Positions 24,850 through 37,500 of a stretch of DNA of 64,000 nt are shown here, one piece after another. The notes under the pieces were generated by a model that was not told the origin of the DNA, ran no database searches, and worked only from the letters and a program-made list of their open reading frames with translations. The DNA is taken from the NCBI RefSeq assembly GCF_009914755.1, contig NC_060933.1; one strand, given 5' to 3'. The position numbers and the translations under genes are program-made. Every line of letters begins with the position of its first letter. Position 1 is the first letter of the stretch. Source of the stretch: the human T2T-CHM13v2.0 reference genome, Homo sapiens.

Positions 24850-26964
24850 GCTGTCACAGGAAAGGCCACACCTGGCACTGCAGCCAGGGACAGGCTGCAT
24901 TCTCTTTACCCAGTGTCCATCTGTGCCGGCTCCAGTTTGTCAGTTTCCCTTCCATAAACCCAGAAACTTCACTAGACAATGCAAGAAGTGTTCCTTCTTA
25001 GAGCTGTACCATAAGAGCCTGAGAGCTACTCCATGTCCATAAGAGAGAAGACCAGGCAGCAAAATCCGAGAGGCACTTCTGTACCAGAGGGAGCCCGACA
25101 AGTCTAAAGACAGCAGCCACCCAGGGGCAACTCTTCCTTCTGTATCCCTGACCTGATTATCAGAGATTAGCAAAACACAACTTCACCGAGAGGAAGCAGC
25201 ACCCAGTTTCTGAAGTTTGCAGTGGCTTCCTGCCTCTCCAGGGCCTGCCAGGCTGCTCAGAGCACAGCACACCTCCCTCCCGCCTTTCCCCACACCTGGC
25301 CCGACTGTGCTGGGGCAGCAACGTAGCCCTCGCCTCCTGACTCAGTCCCGGAAGGCCAGAGACAAGGCTGGGCCCCGTGAAAGGGAGTCACAGTGCAGCG
25401 CTGCCGGCCTGTGGCTGGTCCCGCCTCGTCAGCATCCTGGGACAGCCCTGTGTGCAGCTGGCCACCACCTCCCAGCTCAGGCAGAGGGGCAAGTGCCTCC
25501 TCTTCTCCGAGCTGCATGTGATCCTCGCCTGCCCCGCGGGGCTGCTGGGGCTTCGCTGAATCGGCGCCTGTGGAGGCGCTTCTATCAGGCCATCTTTCTC
25601 CAGCCCTAGCCGCCCCTTCGCAGCGGACACTGTGCTCCTATCAACGCACGGCAGCGCCAGCTATTCCCACCTTCTGTTCACGTCAGACTGGCAGCAGCTC
25701 ACGTCCCTGGCACCTCTCCGATGCTCTGAACGGCAGCTCCCTTCAACGTGCCTAGAAACCCCTCTGAGAGGAAAGACCATGCTCAGCAGAAAGCGCTACA
25801 AACACCCCAACTACACTGAGCATTCCTCAATGCAGCCACCACGTCTGATTCACCTCAGTCCCCTACGCCTGACGTCGGGCCCGGCCCAGAGCAGTCCACC
25901 CCCAGGGGTAGTTGCTTCCACCTCCCTTAGTAGCTGGCAGCCTCTGGAGACGAGAGGCCAGCACCTCTGCTTCTCTGAGGCCTGCTGAACACGGGCCTAG
26001 GGCATGTACAAAGGAAGCAATCTGCTCCATAGAGCGTTCCCGCCATGTGACTTGATTCTGAAGCAAGGGGCAGGGGCAGTCAGTCCGTCCCCGCCCCTTT
26101 ACCTTCATATTCTGAGGCCCCAAGCCGAACTTAGATTGGAGACAGAATGTTTCATTTATCCTGCCCTCGTACGTGAATCTTTAGGATAGCAGGAAAGAAA
26201 ACGCCTGAAGAAGGAAGATTCTGTAAAGCTCTGTCATGTCAAAATAAAGGTGGGGTGCTCACTGACTATAAGCCAATGGTCAGAAAACCTGTCCAACTCT
26301 CTGGGCCTCTCTTCCCCACTCTAATACCAAAAGTACCTTGACCAGGAAGTCCAGACTAAACGGAAAGGCGTAACTTACAACCACAGACATGGTCCTCCAT
26401 AGCCAGTGACATTTCTAATAAGCATTTGTGATCACATGACCCTCCTGAGCACAGCTGTCCAGTGGCTCCCTACGGCCCAGAGAATCCAGTCCACACCCCT
26501 GAGCCTGGCCCTCCTGGTCCTTTACGAGCAGACCTCATGCGCCTGTGTGACTATGCAGGCCTCCTCATTGTTTGACACAATCTCATCCGTTATCTGGTCC
26601 TGCTTCCCTTCCTGGAGAACTGCAGCCTCCTCGTCTAAACCCGACTCCGGAGCTGCCTGCCTTCAGGGCTTTCCTGATTCACCCTCAGCCCTTCTCTTTG
26701 AGATTCTATCACCTGGGACTTCCCTGAGCCCTGTTCTGTATGATGCTCTTTAGCCACCTGCTCTCCTCTTCCAATGTCCCACGTGTCACTCAAAACCTAA
26801 GTTCCATATGGGCAGGAACTACATCGTCCTGTGCATTGAGCCAGTGCTCACACGGAGGAGATGCTCAGGAAGCCTTTGTGGGGAGGTGGATGGATCCAGG
26901 CAGTGGATGGGAAGGAAGTTTCCAGTCATGATTAAGCCAAAGGGTAAGTCATCTCTATAGTCTA

Positions 26965-27210
26965 AGGGGTTGGTGAAATACAGCCAAGTTTGGCAAAATA
27001 CTCCCTACTTTGCAGGGGTTGGCAAACTACAGCCCTGTGTATTTGTAAGTGAAGCTTCATCAGAACACAGCCATGCTATCTATTTACGCACTGTCTCTGG
27101 CTGCTTTTGTGCTACAGTGGCAGAGCTGAGCAGTTGTGGCAGAGACCACATGGTCCATAAAGCCTGAAATGCTATCTGGCCCTTTACAGAAAGGATTTGT
27201 GGACACAGGG
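26965..27210 (-). mobile_element. MER58A-like (hAT-Charlie)
   Basis: caggggttggcaaactacagcc ... gaacacagccatg ... tatctggccctttacagaaa. Confidence 0.75.
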
Positions 27211-30200
27211 CTAAGGCAGCGCTTCCCATATATTTTCACATTTCACCTCTTTAGAGGTGAGATTTGTGTAGCCTGTTGATTAACAGTGAAGGCTGCTTGC
27301 AGCTAAGAGACACCTGGCCTTGGAGCTCTGGCCACCCAAAGGCTGACAGGATCCGTGTCCACAGCTGCCACCTGAGCCACAGTCCCCAGCAGAGCTGTAG
27401 GAAACAGGTGCAGAAACCCATGCTGGCCTTCAGCTCTCCCCGTCCATTTCAAAGCAAAAGTGGCAGCACTGGGACAGACACAAAACTGACACCCAAAACC
27501 AATCCTCCGGTCACCTCACAAGTTCATGGTCCTTTCCGTCCTTCAAGAACTTGGGAAAGAATGTCCACGTCTTCCCATGGGCTACAGACTGTGTTCCACA
27601 GATGCTGAATCCAACAAGCTCCAACCCTTGCTTAGGTTAAAAATGAACACAAATGGATTAACTTTTTGCCAAGCAAAAGGCCTCAGCATGAACAACCACC
27701 CGGTACCTGTGACTCCTGGCTGGAGAGCCCAGCCCGGCGGAAACTCAGAAAGGGTGAAGATGCTGATAGGTCACAAGCCCCTCCCCACTGCCAATGGAGA
27801 TGCCAGAGTGCTCCAGCACAATGGAGTGTGGCCCACCAAAGCCCCATTTCCTAGCCCGGTGGAGATGGCCCTCGCTCCATTCTACCTCCTCTGTACCCTG
27901 TCAGTATCTTCCTCCATTCCCCTGCCTTCCCCCGTCCTGGTCAGAAACACCATTGTTCCCTCTATTGCCCACTGAGCAGTGGTCCAGGAGAAGTACTCCA
28001 GCAGGTCCCCCGCCCCCGGATGGGTGCTATTGTTCCTTGGCCCAGGGTTGGGGGCCATCATCTTCCCGTCCCTACCCAATCCGGCAGAGGAGCCTGGCCT
28101 GTGAGGAGATGCCATTCCTGCCTCTCCATCCCTCTGCTGCTGCGCTCCATCAGCCTCCCTCACGCCTCGCCTGGCCAATGGCAACAGCCTCTTGCTCATC
28201 AGCCTTGCCTCCTGACTCTGGTCCTTGGCTATCCAACTGTCCCAATCGACCCTCTGGAACTCACTATTGTGGACAATGGTCATCATTGAAGGACACACCA
28301 CCCAGGGCCTTTTAAGAAGTGACTGCAGACTGTGTGTCCCACCTGCCACTTGACTCTGCTCATCCTCTCGGGTCCCACAGCAAGGCCCTTCACACTCCCC
28401 AAGTGGGCACACTCTCTCTGTGCATGCATGCCAGGCCCGCCTCTGACTCCCCTCCTGGGGATCCCGTCTGGCTCAGTGGGAAGCCTATCGCTCTTGGTAA
28501 ATTACTCAGTAAGCACTTCTCTCCTGAGGCCTGGCTCCTCTCCTGCCCTCGGCGGGAGACCTGGGAACGGGCCTGCCAGCGCCCAGCCCAGGGCTGGCAA
28601 GGAGGATCCCTAGCAGGGAGGGGGAGACCCACTGAAGCCTTTCTCCCTGCACAGAGGAGGACTCTCATTCTGTTCAAATCCTCTGCACCTCTTTCTTCCC
28701 CTCCCTGTACTCTCCATCTGGGTCAATGATTTCACCTTCTACTCAGTTGTCTAAGCTGCAGATTCTGACATTTTCTCCAACTGCTCCTTCTCCCCCATCA
28801 CAGAGCCTGGTAAGAAGCAGTAGGTGACAGTGAATGGTTTTTCTCAATAAATCTACGTGCCCAAGAAGGGAGACATGGTCTTGGCAGCATCACCAGTCAA
28901 CATCAGAGTTCGTCCAAACTGACATTCCACAGCATTTCCTCTTTGCCGTCCACACAACCGGCTTCTTGCTTGAACATGCTGGTTACAGGGAGCTCATGTC
29001 GCACCTCAGCTGCTCTCTCAAGGCTGCGTCTGTCATCGCGGGAGGTGTATTTTAGCTCAAATTGCCCCACTGGCTTCCCATAATTGTCTTTCACCCTTTG
29101 GAACCACATACAACAAATAAATATAATCCCTTAAAAATACCTGGCAGGAGTGCCCACGTTCTCTCCAGGTCTCCTCTTCACCAGCCTTAACCTTCTGGTC
29201 CTTCCATCTCATTTCAAGGTGCTTTCAGCTTTCCTGAGTTCCCCAGGTGCCAATTTCCATAGGTTTTTTACCTCCCAGATGATGGCTACCATATTCCTTT
29301 AACGTAGCCTCTGCAGGAATGAGGGATTTTTAGAAAGCTGAGACTTCCGAGAAGTCTCATGATGGAAGAATCCAAGGGGATCCCAACACCAGATTGCTCT
29401 GGAAAATGTGTTACTGTGACGGTGATCCCATGGGTTAGAGCACATGTTTGAAGGCCGAGCCAGGAACGGAGGATGTGGCCAAAAACCAAAGTGTGGATGA
29501 GGCGGAACATAAAACACATACTTCCAACAGCACATCCCCTGTCCTCCTTCCCACCCCTGAGGAGCTCTCCAAGTAGCAATTACTGAATTTGCACTTTATT
29601 ATAGGGTTCAGTTACAGTATAAAATGATGGTCTGTAGAAATTAACCCCAACTGTGTAGCTGGCAAAAAAGAAAACAAAACAAAAAAACAGGCTGCCTGGC
29701 CCAGGGCTGACCAGTTGGTCACCTTGCCCAGTAGCACACTAACAAAGGAACAGAAAAAGAACGAGCCCAGAAAGTCTGGATTTTAGGAGGCTAAGGAAGG
29801 ATCAGGGAGATGTGGGTTGGTTTTTGCTTGGTTTCAAGGCGCACAGGGGATAGCCCAGAAGCCTACAGGAAAGGTGAGCCGAACACATCACAGAGAGAGA
29901 AGCCACTGCTGCCAAGTGGGCTTGGAAGACAGAACGGACATTGGTGCCTACTAGCGACGCAAACCACCTGCACACAGCATAGCCTCAGACGGGGTGAGCG
30001 CCGCCACTCACCGCACTATAATTTGGGGCAAGTCACCTTATCTAAGCATCTATTTCCTCATCTGTAAAAGGAGAAAATTTCTAATTCCAGTTGTGGTGAA
30101 ATTCAAAACTAATTCCTCAGAAAGGGCTGCTGTTACCTCTAAAAACAGTCTTAAGAAATGTTATTTCTTCTGGTGGTTAAAAACTCATTAGGGGCCACAA

Positions 30201-33200
30201 TGCTTTGCCACAAATAAGCAGTGTGGTTTGGAGAGATCTCTGGGCTCTACTCTCCCTGTCTGCAAGGTGGGAACAACGATCTATGCACTGCTGCTTCTCC
30301 AAGGGCCACCAGTACAGCAAGTCATGAAATGGCAAACGGGAAAGGGCCTGAGAGAGGACTGTGTTCTATGAATGCCAGGCGCTCATTCTCCCTGACACAG
30401 TCATGCTCTAGAACACGACAGCCTGGGATTCAAAGGTTCCTTTTTCCTGCTCCCCTCCAGGATTACAGCAGGGTGCACAGAAACATTGCCAAGTGCCCAG
30501 AAAGAGGATGACTTGGGGTGGATGAGGAATACTTTGTCCTGAAAAGGATCCCGCAGCCATCCCCGCACCCACCCACGCCTGAGCAGAGACCCAGCTGTCA
30601 TTCATTAGCCCAGGAGCTGGTAAAGTGGTTACAGCAGCAGAAGAATCCAACACGCTCAACAGGGTGGTTCACAGGCAGCAATTTAGAGACCCCAAAGCCA
30701 TCCAAGCAGGGCTTACCATACACGGGTCCAACTTGGAGGGAAGACAGCAAACTCCAGGCTGGCAGTCTGCCCTGAGGCCTACTCCAAGGGAAACTCCTGG
30801 CAATGACCACTGACCTCTGCAATCTGCCACCACCCATCTCTACTGAGTACTCGTCCAGGGACACCCCCTTGCACTTACACCTCAGACCTGGGCTGCTGCC
30901 CCTCTGTGCTCCTCTTCCTTGTACCCAATGAGCCAAAGCCTCACCAGCCTGCCTTCAGAGTCTGGCTTAAATTGTTGAAGACATCCTCATGACCTATCTC
31001 AGGCCAGGCAGAGAACATGCACTCGGAAAATATAAGCTAAGTGAAAACACATACCTCAGATTTCACTGAAATTCAAAGAAAAACAAGCTTTAGATAAAAA
31101 TGCTTCCTCTGTGGATACAGATGCAATGCAGCCCTTCAGTCTGTCCTTCCAGTATGTTAAATCGTTCTTCACAACCAATTTAAATGAAAAGAGCCCTATT
31201 TTAGGCCAGGTTATCTGATCTGGAGTCACCTCAAGTCAGAGGGCCTAGCTACCAGCAGAGCCCATCCTGTCGGCCGCAGCCTTTTAATCCATAGCAGGAT
31301 GGAATAGAAAAAGGCTTTAGAACAGAACTAGGTTCCATTAATGGTTCTAGCACTTAACCTGGAGCATCAGTTTCTTTTGTAAACTAAGGATACTACTATT
31401 GCCAGAAAGGTAGCTGGAGAATTCAGAAGAATGTCCAAGTGCCTGGCACACAAGATACAAATGTTGGCATCTCTCCTTCCCCTTCCCTTCCTACTCCTTC
31501 AGTCCACTGCTGCTCCAAATGACCTAAACTGAGGGCTGCTGTTCACCTCATTACTTGGGGCATTTAGCAGACACCTGCATGCAGACACCTTTTGTCCAGT
31601 GCTGAAACTGCCTGGGCAAACAGTGGCTATCTTCACTCTGCCCACCAGCAGGGTGGCACAGTTCATCTGCAGAAATGGCAAAGTTCTGCCAAGAGAGACC
31701 AAGACCCTCCTCAGAAGGAGTAAGTAATTAGAATGTTGACAACTGATCAGTCAAGGCAAAGAAGTCCTCCCTCAATGCTGGCTGAACAAGGCAAAGACTC
31801 CACCAAACAGCCTCCCCTGGGGGGAATGTACTAACTTTTGCAGGACATTAGCTAAACAAGTGTTTCTTAGATTTAAGAAAAACCTCCTGACTACAAGCCA
31901 AATCTTATTTGCCTCCTTAAAGGTAACACTCAGTCCTTGTCTACGTAACGCAGTTTTTATAAACTTGGAGCATCTGAGGGCTCCAATCTATGTTCCCCAC
32001 TTAGCTCACCTCTTACCAACAGCCAAGGATGCATCTGACCACCTTTCTGCAGAGGCTCCTGAAGTCTTTGTAGACACACAAAGGAATGGAAGATAAGACG
32101 TGCACCCTCTATTTAATCCAAAAGCATCAATTTCATCATGTACCCATTTTCCTCTTATCGAAAAAAAGCAACTTTCCAACTGTGTCCAGACAGTAAATGG
32201 ATAGACAAAAAGAAAGACGAATAGATGGGCAGATATGTTTTCTCTAAGACTAATAGGCAGAAGGGAGGCCTCATATGGTGTTGAGTGCAGATTTTTCCCC
32301 CCAAAAGTATCAAAGCAAACTAGAAGAGACAAGCTATAGGAGTGCTTTTCACTGAAGCATCCTAGTCAACAGCCTTTTAAGCACACCAATCAGTTTCCTC
32401 CTTTCCTTTCTGTGCTTTAAAGGAACTTGCTTTCTACCTACTAAACACTGGTAAGCCCTGAAGGTTAGATTCCAGAGGCAGTTGTAACCAAACACCTTTT
32501 TAAAAAATTATTAATGCACTGGTTGGACACTTGGACTCAGCAGGTAGATATTCTAAGATCAGCCCTTATGAAGTTCTAAGCACCCTTAAATCCCACCCCC
32601 CGCCCCCCGCCAAAAAACAAGTATTTACAAACCCTTGGCAGCAGACTGGCTGGTAATTTAACTACTGTAACAGACACATGAGCAACTTCCTTAAGCTTGG
32701 ATCTGCAGCAACGCCACCACACTAGCTCTCACCAGGTCTTTGGGGTGTGTTTCTTGTCTAACCCCTAGATACCAGGAGTCTTCTCCCAAAGCCTGGCAGC
32801 AGCTGACGCCTATCAGCACCAAGGAACCGACACAGCTCCACCCTGAGCAGGCCATGCACCTGCCTCTCCAACACCTGTTGGCAGAGCCTTGCCCTCCTCA
32901 CGTTCATCCTCACCTCGGCCAACCATGGTAAGAACACTCAACATTCACTGAGTACGTACTCTGCACCAGGTACTGTTCAAAACATATTATGTGTATTAAC
33001 TCATCTAATTCCTGAGCCCCATGGGAATGTGCTGGAAGGAGAGAAATTCTTTGGCCCAGATTCCCGCATGGTTTCTAGTCTCTATTTCTAGCTGTGCTGT
33101 AAAGCTTACATAACCTAATTTGCATTATGGTACTATTTTTAAAAACCTCCAAAGATCGCTGCTTCAAAGCATCAATGGAATCTGTTAGTTCCTACCTAAA

Positions 33201-33690
33201 ATGATAATGTGGGAAAGGATATCTATTCTTACAACCAACTCAACTGGAATTCTTGACTTAAAACAGTCTTTTGGGAAGAGGCTATTAAGAAAGGAAGGGA
33301 CTCATTCTTATATAAGTACTAGCTCTGTGCTCTGTAAATAAGGGCTAGAGAGAAACACATCAATATTGAAACCCACCTCAGCAGTAGTTTCTTGGCTCTG
33401 CTGTTGTTATCCATTTACCACCCATCTCCTTTCCAAGACTCCTAATAACACCGAGAAACCTGTGGTCACTGCACAGCATGGCGTCAGACTGTATAGAGTA
33501 TGAGTTTGAATACACAGAACCTTTCTCATTCTGGATGATTCAGAGATAGCCCCCACCCTCTCTCAGGAGGCACTGGCATCAGATGAATGGGAATTAGGGG
33601 AAGACCATTCACAGAGCAGGTTGTTTTCAGCTTTAACTGCTCTTAATGACCCTGGTGTATAGGGCTCTGGATTGCTTGAAATCTAATTGC

Positions 33691-33736
33691 GGGCGGGGGG
33701 GTGGGGGGGGGGGCAGGGGCGGGGAAAGCAGGGGGG
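33691..33736 (+). other. G-quadruplex-forming G-tract cluster
   Basis: GGGCGGGGGGGTGGGGGGGGGGGCAGGGGCGGGGAAAGCAGGGGGG; six G-runs with short loops. Confidence 0.75.
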
Positions 33737-34564
33737 ATCTCCTTAGTTCTTTCCTCTCTAACTCACTGCTGAAGATTTCCCTCCAGTTATTAATGAAATC
33801 TAGGAAACAGGGAAATTATGGTGAATGACTGATTATAAGGGTGAAACTTTCTCATCTGTCATTAAAAAAAATGTGCTCCGTGTTTAAATTAACCACTTTG
33901 TCCTTTGTTCTACTATAAAAACTACTTGGAAAGGACCGGAGTATTTGTTATGAATTCATTTCATTACGTTCACTTATTGGACAGAGGTCCATGAACATAA
34001 ACCAGAGTAGGTTTCAGGCTCTCAAAACTGCCAGGGAAATATTTTAAATGAGTGAATTTCCAAGTGACGCCTATTTTGGTGATGTCAGAGGGCCTACATT
34101 ATTAAATAGTTTATAATTAAACTAATAACTGAGCTAATATTCTTTTTGCCACAGTTAACTAAGTATCTGGTTCCCAAAGTAGGATATTTGTAATAGGCCC
34201 AATTCCAACAACAAGGAGACTGTCAGAATTAAAATGCTTCCACTGGTCACAGCCTCTGTTCACTTGTACCCAGAAGAGGACCTGGTACCTAATAGGCACT
34301 GGGCTGTTTCAGCAGGACTGGATCGCACTCAGTACTAGTCAGCTATACCTCATACAACCTTTTATAGATGCCAAAGCCACATTAAATGTACATACAGATT
34401 CTGCATGGAAAAAAACAAGAGTTGTTCCAGCAACTTTAAAGTGAGTCATCAAAAGAAACTGCTACTTAGAAACAAATATGAAACATGAAATTCATTTTAA
34501 TCTACATATATCAAATACAGCCTTAGCACACAACATCTAACACAATTAAATGCATTTATGGGAC

Positions 34565-37500
34565 ACACCTAAATGAAGCAAATCTTTATTAAAATGTCTG
34601 CCTAACCCTCACATCTTTACATGAACTCCATGATGGTTGAATAAGGTGGGAAATAAATAATCTAGCTACCTAACCTGGAAAAGACAGATGGATTGCTTTA
34701 AGTCTATTTGGTCTCTGCAGACTCGATATTCACCACCCGAGTCTTGCTGAAGTTGGTTCTGCAAATAATTAACTTAGCTCAGTCAATTATATACTTTTCC
34801 ATAGTTACCATAATATTTTGTTTTTGTTTTTTTTTTTTTCATTTTCTATTGCTTTTTTCTATGGCTTCTTGCTGTTGTTGTATTAGGGCATACAACACAG
34901 ATCAGAGACTTTCATTTCTCGGAGAAGTTTTTCTCCTTGAGAAATTGGCACTTTGATCCTCAGCTTGTGTAACAGCTTACACATACAGATCCTACCAGCA
35001 CTATTACCAACCTTGCTGCTTAGGAAATTCCACTGCTTTGGCCAAAAGAGTGCCCTGTCATTAAAATCTTCTTAGATGAACTGTTCCTATCACTGAATTC
35101 TTACATTTAAACAGGTATGTGTGTGTAATTTACATACGTGTTATATCCTAAGTTTCTACACACACACACACACACACACTTAGTGTAAGTGAAATGTCTG
35201 TCTTGAGTAAAAAGCAGTTACAAGGGTATTAAAACAAATGTTGAAAAATAACTATTTTACATTTAGACCATACAATTTTTAAAGGTAATGCGATGACATA
35301 TGACCTAAGAGATCAAATACATCATATATGATTGTCATATATGCATGTTGTCTTAATTGACTATTTTTCTCTTTAATCAGAAAATAAAAGAGCTTACCTT
35401 TGTATACTGAGATCACAGCTTACAGTCACTATATCTCAGCCTATTTTATACAAGTGATATGGCTACGAAGGTCCGAGGAGAACGAGAATAAAGTGAGATA
35501 AACGTGCTGAAAACTGCTTAAAAGTATTAACCTGAAATACACAGAGGGTCCAACACCAGTTTTAAAAATACATTAACGAGGTATTCCCAGCTCTTCAATT
35601 AATAATGGTGGCTGATTCATGATTTTCAAACATTCACCCAAAATTAAAAAAAAAAAAAAAAGAAAAGGCCAATACCAGCAAAATCTCTCAGTGGTTTGTT
35701 CCCCAGGCTAACAATTTGAGAGAGACTACAAACGACTTCAGAACTATATAAACTCAACTCCTTACTTCACCACCCATGCACTTCATCTAGTCAGCATGAG
35801 GTATGTTGGAAATCTACTGGACCAATTACCTTGCACAAGAGATGGGGTACTCCTGCAGCCTGAAGAAACACAAGCTGCAAGCCACATCCCTGGCTAGGGG
35901 CCAGTCCCCGTGCAGAGGATATGGCTTCAAGGAGGACCCCTATCTCTGAGAAATTATAGTAACGCTAACTGACGCAGTCAGGAATGTAACTATTTATGTG
36001 CTAAAAAGTGTAAAAAACTGTCAGAACATAGCACAGCTCACACGCTAATTTTAAGCTCTACACTGACCTGTAAACTCCCTGACAAGAAACTATGCTAAAA
36101 AGGGGTTAAGTACAGATATTGCTAGGTTTCCAAAGGAAAAGTTTTAAAACAGACACCGTGGCTTTGAACAAAGTATTGCTCTTCTTTAAAATGATCAGTC
36201 ATTGCTTTCAAAAAGAGGGTGTCAGAGTGGAGTGTCTGAAAGCTGGATAGCCTCAGGGTGTCACATTGCTCTTAAGACCAAGACATAGAAATTGCCATTT
36301 CAAGCCAGACAACCTGATGGTTCTAGAAGTCAGAGAAGAAATCTTGAGGGCCCAAGTGAATAATAAATGGTGCGACGCTCAGAGGCTGGCAATAGGGGCT
36401 GTCAATGAAAAAACCACCTACAGTGGAGAAAAGAGCAGAGAAGCAAAACTTCATGTTAATCTCAGGCAATTTGGTGAAGCCAAGAGCTTCATTTATATTT
36501 CTCTGCTCTTTCAGCTGTAAGTGGAATTTTCATTACAAAATGGAAGGGTGGGAAGGGCAACAGGTGGGGGGACACTTAATTCATTACAGAATTTAAACAG
36601 TTGAACTTGCATGGTTACCACTTCTAACAAAGGACTGACAGCTCGATTATTTTAAGTAAAGCAGAGAAATGTAAAAGTTTGCAGCAACTGGGCAGGTTTA
36701 CAACATGGTTAGTAACTTCCAACAAACAACAAAATTAAAAAAAAAAAAAAAGACTTGGTAGAAACCATTTGAAATGACTGCCATCATGTTGGAAAACAGC
36801 ACAGCTCCCTTTTCACCATTACAGAGCGCGTGAGTTATGAAGCAGAGTCAGCTACTTCAAAAGAATTTTCTAACGAGAAATATCTAGAGATTCCAACGTG
36901 GAATCCAAATTTGATGACCAATTTCAAATAACAATACAGCCGCAGCTGCCAATTAATAGTATTCCAAAGACAATGAGGACTACTGTAAAGATTTAATTAA
37001 TAAAAACTGGACACTATCAGCCATGCTTTTTCTTCTCAGTGATGGCTCTGTTTCATCCATAGGTCAGCAAAACGCATCAATGAAACATGAAAACTCCCAG
37101 CTGAAATGGGCCCTCTTGTTTATGTCTAGCCACTAATGCACAGGATGAGAATGATAAGTTACAGCTATTTCCAGCAAGTGATGAGGTTTTATTAAAGTAT
37201 CACCCACCACTAATAAAGACAAAAGACCAAGGAGAAGAAACAAACTAATCATTGTGTAATATATATCTGAGAAGTGACACTAACATTTGTTGTACATTGC
37301 CCATTTCACCTTTATTTAGTGGTCCCGAAGGAATTTGGTACATACATTTGCCATATTTTGTGAAGCCCATTCTCATGGATGGGCCCTGTCAAGTTCCCAA
37401 AAGCAGAACTGAATAGGGAAAATGAAAGCTAATTCATACTAAAAACAGACATTTTTAAGACATGGTGCCTTATAAATATTGACAGGGGACCACACTGCTG

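Larger units (their letters stand above)
22700..28680 (-). ncRNA. MIR600HG: MIR600 host transcript region (lncRNA / distal STRBP read-through end)
   Basis: Contains the miR-600 hairpin; minus-strand AATAAA at 22727-22732. The 5' boundary is recalled locus knowledge and is not visible in the sequence. Confidence 0.6.

Noticed and set aside
20297-30936. Dense overlapping ORFs up to 176 aa on both strands
   Set aside because: Expected by chance in GC-rich sequence; no recognisable domains, many non-ATG starts and no exon structure
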